The position numbers and the translations under genes were made by a program. A model generated the notes under the pieces. That model worked only from the letters and a program-made list of their open reading frames with translations, was not told the DNA's origin and did not search any database. 64,000 bases of DNA, from contig CAVYSY010000011.1 in assembly GCA_963771175.1 (NCBI GenBank), positions 145,032-209,031 on the forward strand, read 5' to 3'. Shown here piece by piece: positions 30,021 to 39,939 of this stretch (within the stretch, counting starts at the first letter, position 1; each line of letters opens with the position of its first letter). The DNA is from an uncultured delta proteobacterium (lineage in GTDB: Bacteria > Myxococcota > Myxococcia > Myxococcales > Myxococcaceae).

Positions 30021-30851
30021 GTGAAGCGGGAGCTGCTGCCGGAGCAGTCTCCGGCGCTGCTGCGCGAGCTGCACCTGCTCACGCGCGAGGGCAACCTCAA
30101 CGCGGACGCGCTGCGCAAGCTCAAGCAGGTCAACCACCTGGTGGGCCTGCTGCGGCCGGCGATGGACGAGCTGCAGGAGCGCCACGGCGCGCCCGTGGTG
30201 GTGGACGCGGGCAGCGGCAACGCGTACCTGGGCTTCATCCTCTACGAGGTGTTCCTCAAGGACGCCGAGGCGGGCTCTCTGCTGAACATCGAGGGTCGGC
30301 CGGAGCTGACGCAGCGCGCGAAGGAGCGCGCCGGGCGGCTGGGCTTCTCGCGGATGGAGTTCCAGACGGCGCACCTGGAGCAGGCGCAGTGGCCGGAGCG
30401 CATCCACCTGCTCACCGCGCTGCACGCGTGTGACACGGCGACGGACGACGCGCTGGCGGTGGCCATCCAGAAGGGCGCGGACCACGTGGCGGTGGTGCCG
30501 TGCTGCCAGGCGGAGGTGGCCGCGCAGCTCAAGGAGTCGCGGCAGGGGGTGGACCCCACGCTGGCGATGCTCTACCAGCACCCCTGGCACCGGCGCGAGT
30601 TCGGCAGCCACCTCACCAACGTCATCCGCGCGCTGACGCTGGAGGCCTTCGGCTACCAGGTGACGGTGACGGAGCTGACGGGCTGGGAGCACTCGCTGAA
30701 GAACGAGCTGATTCTGGGCCGGCGGGTGCACAAGGAGAACCGGCCGGCGCGCGCGAAGCTGGAGTCGCTGCTGGGCACCTTCGGCGTGCGGCCCAAGCTG
30801 ACGCGGGTGCTGGGCGTGGAGCCCTCGCCGCGGGCCTCGCCCACCGTCTGA
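30021..30851 (+). CDS. Class I SAM-dependent methyltransferase
   Basis: VVDAGSGNAYLGF, ALHACDTATDDAL, VPCCQ. Confidence 0.88.
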   Translation: MKRELLPEQSPALLRELHLLTREGNLNADALRKLKQVNHLVGLLRPAMDELQERHGAPVVVDAGSGNAYLGFILYEVFLKDAEAGSLLNIEGRPELTQRAKERAGRLGFSRMEFQTAHLEQAQWPERIHLLTALHACDTATDDALAVAIQKGADHVAVVPCCQAEVAAQLKESRQGVDPTLAMLYQHPWHRREFGSHLTNVIRALTLEAFGYQVTVTELTGWEHSLKNELILGRRVHKENRPARAKLESLLGTFGVRPKLTRVLGVEPSPRASPTV

Positions 30852-30980
30852 GCGCGAGGGACACCCCGTGTGTCGCACCTCCCACGTCCGTGGGAGCCCG
30901 GGTCCGACGCGTGACGCGGGGTGACGTTCGCGGTAGGGTGGGGCGCCGAACCTCCGCCGTCACCCTGGAGCCCGCACCTC

Positions 30981-31848
30981 ATGGAATGGTTGCCATCCTT
31001 CTCCACGCGCCTGGACCTGCTCGTGCGCGGTGTCCTCTTCGTGTTGATACTGGGCGCGCTGCTGTGCGTCATCGCCGTGCTGCTGGAGGTCCCGCACCGA
31101 GTCCGGTGGTTCGGCACTGCCACCGTGCCGCCTACCTGCTGCGAGTGGTGGGAGGGACCGAGCGGGCGGAGCGGCTCTTCCGGAGGGTGGCGCGATGGTC
31201 GTACGGGACCGCCCAGACGGTGTCGCTCGCGGGATTGGCGGTCTGTCGCATGCGCCAGGGCAGGTACGCGGAGGCCGCGGCCATGTTGGAGCCACTCATG
31301 GAGCGGCAGATGCCTCGCTTCATGCGGACGGACGCTGTCTCGCTGCCCGGGTTCCTCTCGCTGTGCCTGTCCATGCTGGGAGACACCCGGCGGGCGAAGC
31401 ATTGGCTCGACGTGGCCCGTGCTCGCTTCGGCGGGATGGTCACCTTCCTGGTGCTGCCCGAGGTCGCCATCCTCTGCCGGGAAGGGCATATGGGCGCGGC
31501 GTTCGAAGCTGATGGAGGACTGCTGGCCGCTGATGATGGCCGACGGCACCCTGGGTCCCCGGCTCCGGCTGTTCCGGGCCTTCGCGCAGAGGAAGGTGGA
31601 CCCCGAGCGCGATGCGGGCTTCGTCACCATGACGCTGTTGTCGCTCGCGCCCTTCCCGCCGGGGAGAGCTGGCGTTCTGCCGGGAGCACTGGCCGGTCCT
31701 CGCGGACTTCATGCAGATGGGGGAGGACCTCGTGGCCCGCCGCGAGGAGGAGCGGGTCAGGAGGCTGGCCGAGTGGGAGCGGAAGCGCGCGGAGCGGATG
31801 ACGGCGCCCGGGAACACGTCCGCACCGGAGGACGACACGTCCGGGTGA
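30981..31848 (+). CDS. Hypothetical membrane-anchored helical (TPR-like) protein, several apparent frameshifts
   Basis: N-terminal TM (GVLFVLILGALLCVIAVLL). Reading continues by switching frames (LAVCRMRQGRYAEAAAMLEPL...; LRLFRAFAQRK...; EHWPVLADFMQMGE) to TGA at 31846-31848. Confidence 0.5.
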
Positions 31849-31860
31849 TGCGCGCGCCGC

Positions 31861-33829
31861 CTACTCCTCTTCCTCCTTGCGCGGCTCCTTGAAGACGAAG
31901 CGCTTCACGGCGGTGATGGGGACCGCGCGCGAGATGTGGGCGGCACCCGGCTGGGAGCCCGGGAGCTTCTCCAGGCCGTCCTCGGCCTCGTTCCCCAGGG
32001 TGAAGCAGACGGGGTACGTCTTCCCGTCGGGCGTCTGGGCCCGGTCGTACCGGCCATAGACGTTCTCCGCTTCGGTGAACAGCTCGCCGAAGAGCAGGGT
32101 GCCCTTCGGAAGCTGTCCATAGGCGGTGTACATCCTGCTGATGATGGGGCCGGAGCGGACGATGGCGTGCGTCTGGTCCTCGGTCGGGCCCGGCTGACCC
32201 TGCTGGATGTCGGTGATGATGGTCGGTCCATCCCCCCAGTACATGCCGAGCTCCTTCATCACGGCGCGCGACTCGGCGGGGCAGTCCGCGTTGGCGGGGC
32301 GCACCTGGGCACCGGAGCAGGCCAGGCCCACGCAGAGGGCGGTGGTACCGAGGGCCTTGCCCACGGGGCCGGGCTCCCGCTGGGCGGGCGATGCGTCAGG
32401 GGTTGTCTGCTGGGGCTTCTTCTTCAAGGGGGCGCCTTTCGTGGCTCGTGCCTCCGCGGGGGCGGCAGCCGCGGGGGTTGACTCCACAGGTAGTGGCGCC
32501 GGCGGCCGACCCAGCTTCGAGGAGTTCCGGCGTCCGCGCCACTTCGGCGCCTCCGGGCGGGAGGGACGTGGAGAGAGACGGTGGGGACCGCGTCGGCTCC
32601 GAGAGGGCTCGCGGGCTGTAGGAGTGAGCGGCCATCAGCCAGAGGCCGGGGAGCACGAGTCCGGGCCCCGAGCGCCACGGCCAGTGCCCTCCCTGGGAGT
32701 GCCGGGCGAGGTGCCGGGTTCCCCTCCGGCGCGGGTGCGTGTGCCCTGGCCCGTTGCCCGTGTTCCATGCGCCCGGCGAAGGAGACACCGGGGATGAGCC
32801 TCACCGGGGGCGCGATGGGTGTCACCGGGCGGGTGGGGAACGCGGGCCGGCGGATGCGCCGCCCGGGAGCGTCGCCCTCTTTTCGTGCCGGTCTGTCCTC
32901 CCAGTCGAAGAGGCTCGCCTCCCACGAGCTCCGCCCGCCGAAGGTCGCCGCCGCCATCAGCGCCGCGTGCACCTCCGCGCCGCTTCCGTAGCGCTCCTCC
33001 GGCGCCTTCGCCAGCATGCGCGACAGCACGTCGCTCAACGCCCGTGGTACCCGGCGGTTGAAGTCCCGAGGCGCGTGCGCTCGTCGGGTGCAGATCGCCA
33101 CTCCCACGAGGTCTCCCAGTATGTCGGGAGGGAAGGGGTAGTGCCCCGTCGCCGCGCGGTACAGGCTCACCCCCAGCGCGTACAGGTCATCCGCCGCCCC
33201 CATCTCATATGTTTCACAGGAGCCCCCGCCCCGCTCCATCCAGAAGCGCATGGCCTCGGGGCTGCGCAGGTGCGAAGTCCCTGGGGGCAGTGGGGTGGTC
33301 GTGAGCGGGACCGCGCCCGCGTAGTCCCCCACGCCGAAGTCCACCAGCACCGGCTCTCCGTCTGGCTCCCGGATGAGGATGTTCTCGGGCTTCACATCCC
33401 GGTGAAACACGCCCCGGCCGTGGAGCTCGCCCAGCGCCAGGGCCATCTTCGCCCCCACCTCCGCGAACTGGAGGAAGGACGGATTGCGCGTCTCGGCCCA
33501 CACGTCGAGCGGGAGGCCGGGCACCTTGTCCATGACGTGGTAGGTGTGGCCCTCGACGGGGTCCGGCCAGCGCCCGCAGCCGTGGAAGCGCACCACGTTG
33601 GGGTGGACCGCCTTGTCCATCAACAGCACCACCTCACGCTCGGCCGCGCACGTCACCGGGGCGCAGCGCCAGCTTGAGGGCGAGGGCGGCGCCGGGCTGA
33701 TGGATGTCCTCCACTCCGTAGACGGCGCCGTAGCCGCCCACGCCCAGGCGTTCCATCTACGCGCCAGTGGCCCACCACCGTCGCGGGTGGCAGGGCCTCG
33801 GGATGGAGGACGGGGGTTGCTCCATGCAT
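31861..33829 (-). CDS. Myxobacterial Ser/Thr protein kinase with TM segment and C-terminal extracytoplasmic domain (several apparent frameshifts)
   Basis: Reconstructed [51 protein letters not shown]-terminal part is ORF 31861..32487. Confidence 0.85.
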
Positions 33830-33837
33830 GGGTCACC

Positions 33838-34712
33838 TCAGGGCGTGAAGGGGGTGAGAGACACGCCGCGCTCGCCGTCCCTCTCGCGCAGCTCCAGGCC
33901 CCAGCGCTGCTCCGTGTCCTCCGAGGGTCGCTCCAACTCCACGGCGAGGGGGCGGACTTCTCCCGGATGTAGCTGCGCTCCGTCCATCCACACGGGCAGC
34001 CGCCGGACCACGCGGCCCGTCGCGTCCCGCAGCCAGGCCTCGCTGGGGAGTCCAGGGCCGGGCACCCAGGGTTCAGCCTGAGCCCCACGGACACCACTGC
34101 ATGGGTGCGCGTGCGGTAGATGCTCCTGCCTGACAACCGTCAACTCGCTCCACGAGGGCGCGACTTCCAGTCGCTGCCAGCGTCACGCCTCCCGCGCAGC
34201 GTCCCCGAGAGGGCCAGCTTGACGAAGTTGCCGGCCTCGCACCGGGCGAGCACGGCCTCCAGCTCGGACTCCAGCGCCAGGACCGAGCGCGGCCGGCGTA
34301 TCACCCGCGCCTGGACATCGACCTCCGAGGTGGCCGGGACGAGCGCGAGCGTGGCGTGGGTGGGTGGCAGGCCATCGGCGAAGCCCACCTTCAGCAGCAG
34401 GGGCCTGTCCTCGGGGAGCGGGAGCGCTGGCCGCAGCACCACCAGCCGGGTCGTGGGCTCCAGCAGGGCGAAGCGCTCCTCCCGACCTTCCACCGAGACC
34501 GAGTCCGGATCGATCGACGCATCGAACTCCAGCACGGTGTCGTAACCGGGGGCGGCACGCACCACCGGCGGGGGAGCGGTGGGGCTGTCGGGGAGCACCA
34601 GTTGGCGCGCCTTCAGCTCGGGGCCGGAGACAAGACGGGGCTGGGCCGCCGCCGAGGCGGCACCCATCAGGGGCAGCAGACACAGGGCACGGCGCGGAAG
34701 GGCCAGGCTCAC
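33838..34712 (-). CDS. DUF2381-family protein (apparent frameshift near 34190-34100)
   Basis: Signal peptide; [19 protein letters not shown]...ALVP...[15 protein letters not shown]-terminal PWVPG...LHPGE...LELRE; immediately upstream of the kinase. Confidence 0.75.
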
Positions 34713-34826
34713 TCGGGAAGTTCCTCCGGCCACAGAACCTAGCAGGTCAGGGCGTGGAACTGACCAGTCCCGTGGGCACGGAGCTGCTGTTATGCTGGCG
34801 CTTGCTCGGAAGACGGAGGCCTCATC

Positions 34827-35063
34827 GTGAAACGGCTCCTACCGCTGGCGCTATTCATCCCTTGGGCAATGGGGTGTGGAGATACGTGGGGCAGGCAGAG
34901 CGCTGTCGAAATCCCTTTGCACAGGCATGTCATGGGGATCGATTCCCAGCCAACGTCATGTCAACTCGACGAGAAGCAACTGAAGGAGCTTTGCAACGAG
35001 GAGAACTTCCACGAGCTCTGTCCTCCAGGGTGTCCTCCCTGGATACCACGTGGAAAGCACTAG
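34827..35063 (+). CDS. Small putative lipoprotein (78 aa)
   Basis: GGAGG RBS, GTG start, MKRLLPLALFIPWAMGC lipobox-like signal, four further Cys. Confidence 0.6.
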   Translation: MKRLLPLALFIPWAMGCGDTWGRQSAVEIPLHRHVMGIDSQPTSCQLDEKQLKELCNEENFHELCPPGCPPWIPRGKH

Positions 35064-35069
35064 TCCGAG

Positions 35070-35957
35070 GTGGCGCGGCTCATGCGATGGCGCATCCCGC
35101 TGGATGTCCTGACTTGTATTCTCGTTCTACTTCCAATGGGTGGGTTGCTCTTCGTGGCGATGCTCCCGCGAGGCAGGCCAGCAGCGCAGGAGGCGGTCAT
35201 CCTTCCCGTTCTCTCCCTCGACGTGCGCAGGTCGCTGCTGACATACCAACGGGATTGCCGTTCTGATGCGGACTGTGAGCCCCCGCTCGGCTGTTTCATG
35301 GCGGGGCACTCCGGGGTCTCCTACTGCACGGACAGCACGTGCGCGCAGAACACGGATTGCCTGGAAGGCTTCGCCTGCATTCCCCTCAAGAGCACCACGG
35401 GCAAATCCCTGGTGCGCAGGTGCTCGCTCGTCGGACATCGAAAGGAAGGAGAGGTGTGTCGGGTTCCCGCCCACGGCCTCGAGGACGCTTGTGAGCAGGG
35501 CCTGAGTTGTCAATGGCGGTGTGGCCGGCTGTGTCGCTTGAATGACCCGGCAGGTTGCCCGGACGGTTTCTTCTGCTTGGAGGGCCGGGAAGGTCCTCCT
35601 TCGTGCATGCCTACATGTGAGGGCCGCCCCTGCCCCGCGGGCCAGCAGTGCATTCCACGTGGAATCGAGGAAGACGGCGTCTCGGTTTGCGGTCGGGTAG
35701 AGGGACCGGACTGTCGGCGGGATTCGTGCCCTCGGGGGCAGTACTGCGATGTCTTCGAGGTTCCCCAGCGCCCCTGGGAAGTGCGGACGCGATGCATGCA
35801 ACTCTGCAAGAAGGAGTCTGACTGCCCGGAGGAAAGTACCTGCCTCGCCCACCAATGCCGCAAGCCTTGCGACCCGCGGGAGCCCTCGGCCTGTGGACCC
35901 GGGCTCACCTGTGGACACTACCAACCAGCGGACCCCTGGTACTGCATTCCGGGCTGA
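35070..35957 (+). CDS. Membrane-anchored cysteine-rich repeat protein
   Basis: N-terminal TM, then 32 Cys arranged as eight 4-Cys modules. Confidence 0.8.
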   Translation: MARLMRWRIPLDVLTCILVLLPMGGLLFVAMLPRGRPAAQEAVILPVLSLDVRRSLLTYQRDCRSDADCEPPLGCFMAGHSGVSYCTDSTCAQNTDCLEGFACIPLKSTTGKSLVRRCSLVGHRKEGEVCRVPAHGLEDACEQGLSCQWRCGRLCRLNDPAGCPDGFFCLEGREGPPSCMPTCEGRPCPAGQQCIPRGIEEDGVSVCGRVEGPDCRRDSCPRGQYCDVFEVPQRPWEVRTRCMQLCKKESDCPEESTCLAHQCRKPCDPREPSACGPGLTCGHYQPADPWYCIPG

Positions 35958-36034
35958 AAGGCCGGAGTCCATACCACCCAAGTGGCGCAGCCGTTTTCTC
36001 GGGGCGCTCCCATGCTGGGCAGTGGTCTCGTCGG

Positions 36035-36919
36035 CTACCCGTACGACTCCCGCTTGATGCGCTTGTCCTCGATGCCGAGGTCATGGAGATGGCCGAGCAC
36101 CGTCTCCATGAAGCGCGGCGTGGCCGGCGTGCGCGTCTCCAGCGCCTTGCGCCGGTCCCACGGGGTGATGGCCGGGCCGCACACGTAGACGAGGCACTTC
36201 TCCCGGTCCGGGATGAGCTCCGCCAGCAGGGCCTCGCTGACGCGGCCCTTGCGCACGCTCGGGCCGAAGTGGGACTCGTCCGTCTCGCGGGTGAGGGTGT
36301 GCACCACGCGCAGCTTGTCCGGGTGCGCGCGCTCGAGCGCCTCGAAGGCCTCCCGGTAGAGGATGTCGCCCCACGTCTTGTTGGAGAAGAGGACGGTGTG
36401 GCGCGGCTTGAGTCCCCGGTGCAGGGCGTCCTTGACGATGGCGAAGTTGGGCACCGCGCCCGAGCCGGCGACGACGTGGACGAGGTGGTCCGTGCGCTCC
36501 TCCACGTCGTCCGGGAGGACGTAGGGCCCCATGAAGCCGAGCACCTTGATGCGCGCGCCGGTGAGCCGGCCGTGGACGAGGTAGGGCGAGAGCAGGGGCG
36601 GGTACTTCGTGAAGCCGGGGATGTAGTCCTCGTCCTTCACGGTGATGGACACCAGCGGCTCGTGTGGCGCGGAGGCCATCGAGTAGGAGCGCGCGGGCTC
36701 CTTGCGCGCCTTGTGCTCCTGGAGGTAGGCGGAGAGCCGGCCGAGCGCGGGGAACTGGTGCGGGTCGATGTTGATGAACTGGCCGGCGCGGTACTCGGGG
36801 CGCTCGGGGCCGAAGTCCAGGTAGAGGGTGGCGGTGTCGTGCGTCTCCAGGCGCACGTCGGCCACCGTCACCTCGTACTCCTTGGGGCGGTTCCGGGCGG
36901 TCGTCACGGTTGCGCTCAT
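36035..36919 (-). CDS. FNR-like FAD/NAD(P)-binding oxidoreductase
   Basis: YRAGQFI, RSYSMAS, VAGSGAVP, YVCGP, C-terminal ESYG. Confidence 0.88.
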   Translation of the reverse strand: MSATVTTARNRPKEYEVTVADVRLETHDTATLYLDFGPERPEYRAGQFINIDPHQFPALGRLSAYLQEHKARKEPARSYSMASAPHEPLVSITVKDEDYIPGFTKYPPLLSPYLVHGRLTGARIKVLGFMGPYVLPDDVEERTDHLVHVVAGSGAVPNFAIVKDALHRGLKPRHTVLFSNKTWGDILYREAFEALERAHPDKLRVVHTLTRETDESHFGPSVRKGRVSEALLAELIPDREKCLVYVCGPAITPWDRRKALETRTPATPRFMETVLGHLHDLGIEDKRIKRESYG

Positions 36920-36990
36920 GGCGTCCTTCGTACCAGCCCGGTGGACGTTCTTTCGAGGAAAGCGTTGCGGCCGGGCGTCGGGCGCGGACA

Positions 36991-38155
36991 ATGCCGTTTC
37001 AGGTGACGACCGTCCAACAGAGGGATCAGGTGTTCGTCTCGGCGCTGCCGGGACTGGAGCCGGCCGTGGAGGCCGAGGCCGAGGCGTTGGGCTTCTCGCC
37101 CCGGAGGGTGGAGGGCGGGGTGGAGCTCACCGGCGAGCCGGGGCTGCACCAGGAGGCCAACCTGCGCCTGCGCACGGCGAGCCGGGTGCTGCTGCGGCTG
37201 GGGCGCTTCGCCGCGCCGGACGCCGGGGCCCTGGCGAAGGGCCTGGCCGGGCTTCCCCTGGGCAAGGTGTGGGACGGGAAGTCGGCGCCGAGGCTCTCGG
37301 TGGCCCTGCACGGCGCGCGTATCAAGGGGCAGGACGCGGTGCTGTCCGCCGCCGCGCGAGCCTGGGGACTGCCCTCGGTGGAGCGCGCGGGGCCGCTGGA
37401 CGAGGAGTCCTCCGAGGGCCTCACCCTGCTGGTGCGCCTGGAGGGCGACACGTGCACGGTGAGCGCGGACACCAGTGGTGAGCCGCTGCACCGGCGCGGG
37501 TATCGGCAGGAGGTGAGCCGGGCGCCGCTGCGCGAGACGCTCGCCGCGGGCATCCTGGTGCTGGCCGGGTATGACGGGGTGGAGCCGCTGGTGGACCCGA
37601 TGTGTGGCTCGGGCACCTTCCTCATCGAGGGCGCGTGGATGTCCCAGCGGCGGCGCGCCGGGCCTGGCGCGCTCGTTCGCCTTCGAGCGCTTTCCCGGCT
37701 TCGACGCGGCGGGCTGGGCGGCGCGGAAGGCAAGGGCGGAGGCGGAGTCCCTGCCGGCCCCGCGCGCGGTGTTGAGGGGCCACGACATCAACGCGGGCTC
37801 GCTGGGCACGGCGAGGCGCAACGCGCGGCGGGCGGGGGTGTCGCTCACGCTGGAGCGCCAGGACGTGCGCACGCTGGCGCTCCCGGCGGGACTCGGGCCT
37901 GGGCTGGTGGTGGTGAACCCGCCCTACGGCAAGCGGGTGGGGGAGGCGGAGGACCTGCCGGGGCTGTACCGGGCGATGGGGGCCACGTTCCGGCGAGCCT
38001 TCGCCGGCTGGCGCGCGGCACTGCTCGTCCCGGAGGACACGGGGTTGATTCGCGCGCTGGGACTGCCCGAGGGGAGGAGTCTGCCGGTGCGCAACGGCGG
38101 CCTGCGCTGCCGCCTGCTGTTGTGCTCGCTGCCCTCGTCCCAGTCCCGCGTGTGA
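36991..38155 (+). CDS. THUMP-domain RNA methyltransferase (RlmL/Trm14-like), apparent frameshift near 37655
   Basis: ANLRLRTASRVL, DTSGEPLHRRGYR, APLRETLAA, DPMCGSGTFLIE, NPPYGKR. Confidence 0.88.
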
Positions 38156-38200
38156 GGCGCTCGCGACGTCGGTTCGCGAGCGCCTGGCGACCCGGAGGAC

Positions 38201-39763
38201 CTACCGACCCACGGCGAGCCGCGAGGGCTTCGCCGAGGTGCCGTCCATGGCGAGCGCCCGCGCGACCATGACCTGGGCGGCGAGCACGGTGGAGCGCACC
38301 ACATGGAGGGGCCGGTAGAGGCCCTTGGCGATCCACAGCTTGGGGTGGATGTCGGAGGGCTCGCTCCCGTCGTAGGGCGCGAGGTAGGCGGTGCCCTTGG
38401 CGAGGATGCCGGCGTCGACGCTCAGGCCGGCGAGCCGCGCGGCGGCCAGGGCATGGAGGGCATAGGCGGTCTCCTCGGGCGAGCTGCGGCCGAACCAGCC
38501 CCAACCGCCGTCGGTGCGCTGGTTGGCCTGGAGCCACTGCACGGAGGGCACCACGCAGGAGGCATCCCAGCGCAGCAGCGCCCGCGTCGCGCGGCTGGTG
38601 ACGTAGTACACCGAGGCGTGCCACTTGTCCGTCCAGAAGCCATCCTGGCGGCGCTGGCTCAGCAGGAAGCGGGCGGACTTGTCCACCGAGTCCTGGCCGC
38701 CGGGGTACGGCCGGCCTTGGATGGCGTCCAGCACGTGGGCGTTCGCACTCACCGAGGCGCCGCGCTCCACGAGGAAGCCGACGAAGCCGTCTGGCCGCTC
38801 ATACTGCGCCAGCAGCTTCCAGTTCACCTCGTAGCCGTGGTCGTGCAGCAACCCGGAGGACACGGAGGTGTCATCCGAATCGCCGTAGGCGACCTCCGAG
38901 GACCACGCCAGCCCGAAGGCCTGGGTGTGCGAGCGGATGGCCTCCAGGTGTGGCTTCAGCTCCGGCTGGAGCTCGGGGCTCATCCCCGCCATGTGCAGGT
39001 GGTAGGCGATCCACAGCCGCTGCCACAGCTCGGTTCCCGTTCCGAAGGGGATGCTGCGGGGCCCGCGGCGGTCCACCAGTTCCCGCAGGCCGCGGAGCGC
39101 GCGCTCATCGCCGCTCTTCTGCACGAAGTGGGCGGTGGTCGCCACGCTCGCGCCCACGAGCCCGTTGGCCGTCTGCAGCTTGCGAGCCTGCTCCACGTCC
39201 AGCTTGTCGCGCAGGAACTCGAGCGAGAAGCCCAGGCTGAGATGGGGCGCGTACAGCATCTGGGGCGGCACCCGCGACATCTTCTCCTTGTGCAGGGCCT
39301 CGGCCGCGGCGCTCAATGCGTGGAGGTTGCTGAAGCCCCGCTCGCATACCTCCGCGAGCAGCGGGGCGGCCACCAGCTCGAAGCCGATGGTGAGATCCGG
39401 CTCATCCTTGAGCCGCGGCCAGCTCTTGAGGACGAAGGCCGCGGCGCGATCCGCCCGCGCGCGCGCTTCCGGCCCGTTGTCGAACTCGATCACCGCCAGC
39501 ATGGAGGAGAGCGTGGCCAGCAGCCGCGCGGAGACGTAGTCCACCTCCGGCGCCCAGCCACCATCCTCGGCCTGGGTGGTGCGCACCACCTCCAGCACCT
39601 CGGGGAAGGCCGGCTCTCGGGTGCCCGGCTTCGCCACGCGAGCCAGGAAGCCCGCGTCGTACTCCGAGTGCCCCACGTCGGCCATGTCGGGCTGGTCGAG
39701 CAGGGCGCGGGCGCGCTCCAGGAGCTGAGCCTTCGAAGGCAGGTGCGGGTCGATATCGGGCAT
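38201..39763 (-). CDS. Class II terpene cyclase (copalyl-diphosphate-synthase-like, beta-gamma didomain)
   Basis: YDAGFLARV (YDTAWVA-like); QW repeats QAEDGGW, QRRQDGFW, QRTDGGWG; IGFELV; catalytic DxDD = DSDDT; ERGASVSANAHVL; DKWHASVYY; EETAYAL; LWIAKGLYRP. Confidence 0.9.
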   Translation of the reverse strand: MPDIDPHLPSKAQLLERARALLDQPDMADVGHSEYDAGFLARVAKPGTREPAFPEVLEVVRTTQAEDGGWAPEVDYVSARLLATLSSMLAVIEFDNGPEARARADRAAAFVLKSWPRLKDEPDLTIGFELVAAPLLAEVCERGFSNLHALSAAAEALHKEKMSRVPPQMLYAPHLSLGFSLEFLRDKLDVEQARKLQTANGLVGASVATTAHFVQKSGDERALRGLRELVDRRGPRSIPFGTGTELWQRLWIAYHLHMAGMSPELQPELKPHLEAIRSHTQAFGLAWSSEVAYGDSDDTSVSSGLLHDHGYEVNWKLLAQYERPDGFVGFLVERGASVSANAHVLDAIQGRPYPGGQDSVDKSARFLLSQRRQDGFWTDKWHASVYYVTSRATRALLRWDASCVVPSVQWLQANQRTDGGWGWFGRSSPEETAYALHALAAARLAGLSVDAGILAKGTAYLAPYDGSEPSDIHPKLWIAKGLYRPLHVVRSTVLAAQVMVARALAMDGTSAKPSRLAVGR

Positions 39764-39939
39764 GGTCGGGATTCCTGTCTGGACCTCTCAGGGAGGAGGA
39801 GGTCTTGGCGGGAGGAAGTATCGCCGCTCGTCCACGGGAGGAAAAGACGTCCCGAGGTGGCGGGGCGGCCTCCTCACGGCGGGTAGAGGAGACTCATGAC
39901 GCGTGGTGCGCGCGAGGGGCCGTGTTGGTGGCGGCGCCC

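Noticed and set aside
38201..39763. Squalene-hopene or oxidosqualene cyclase
   Set aside because: At 520 aa it is shorter than typical triterpene cyclases and carries diterpene-CPS-type blocks (YD..., GFEL, DKWH.S.YY, LWI.K.LY.P); no hopanoid or sterol genes are nearby.
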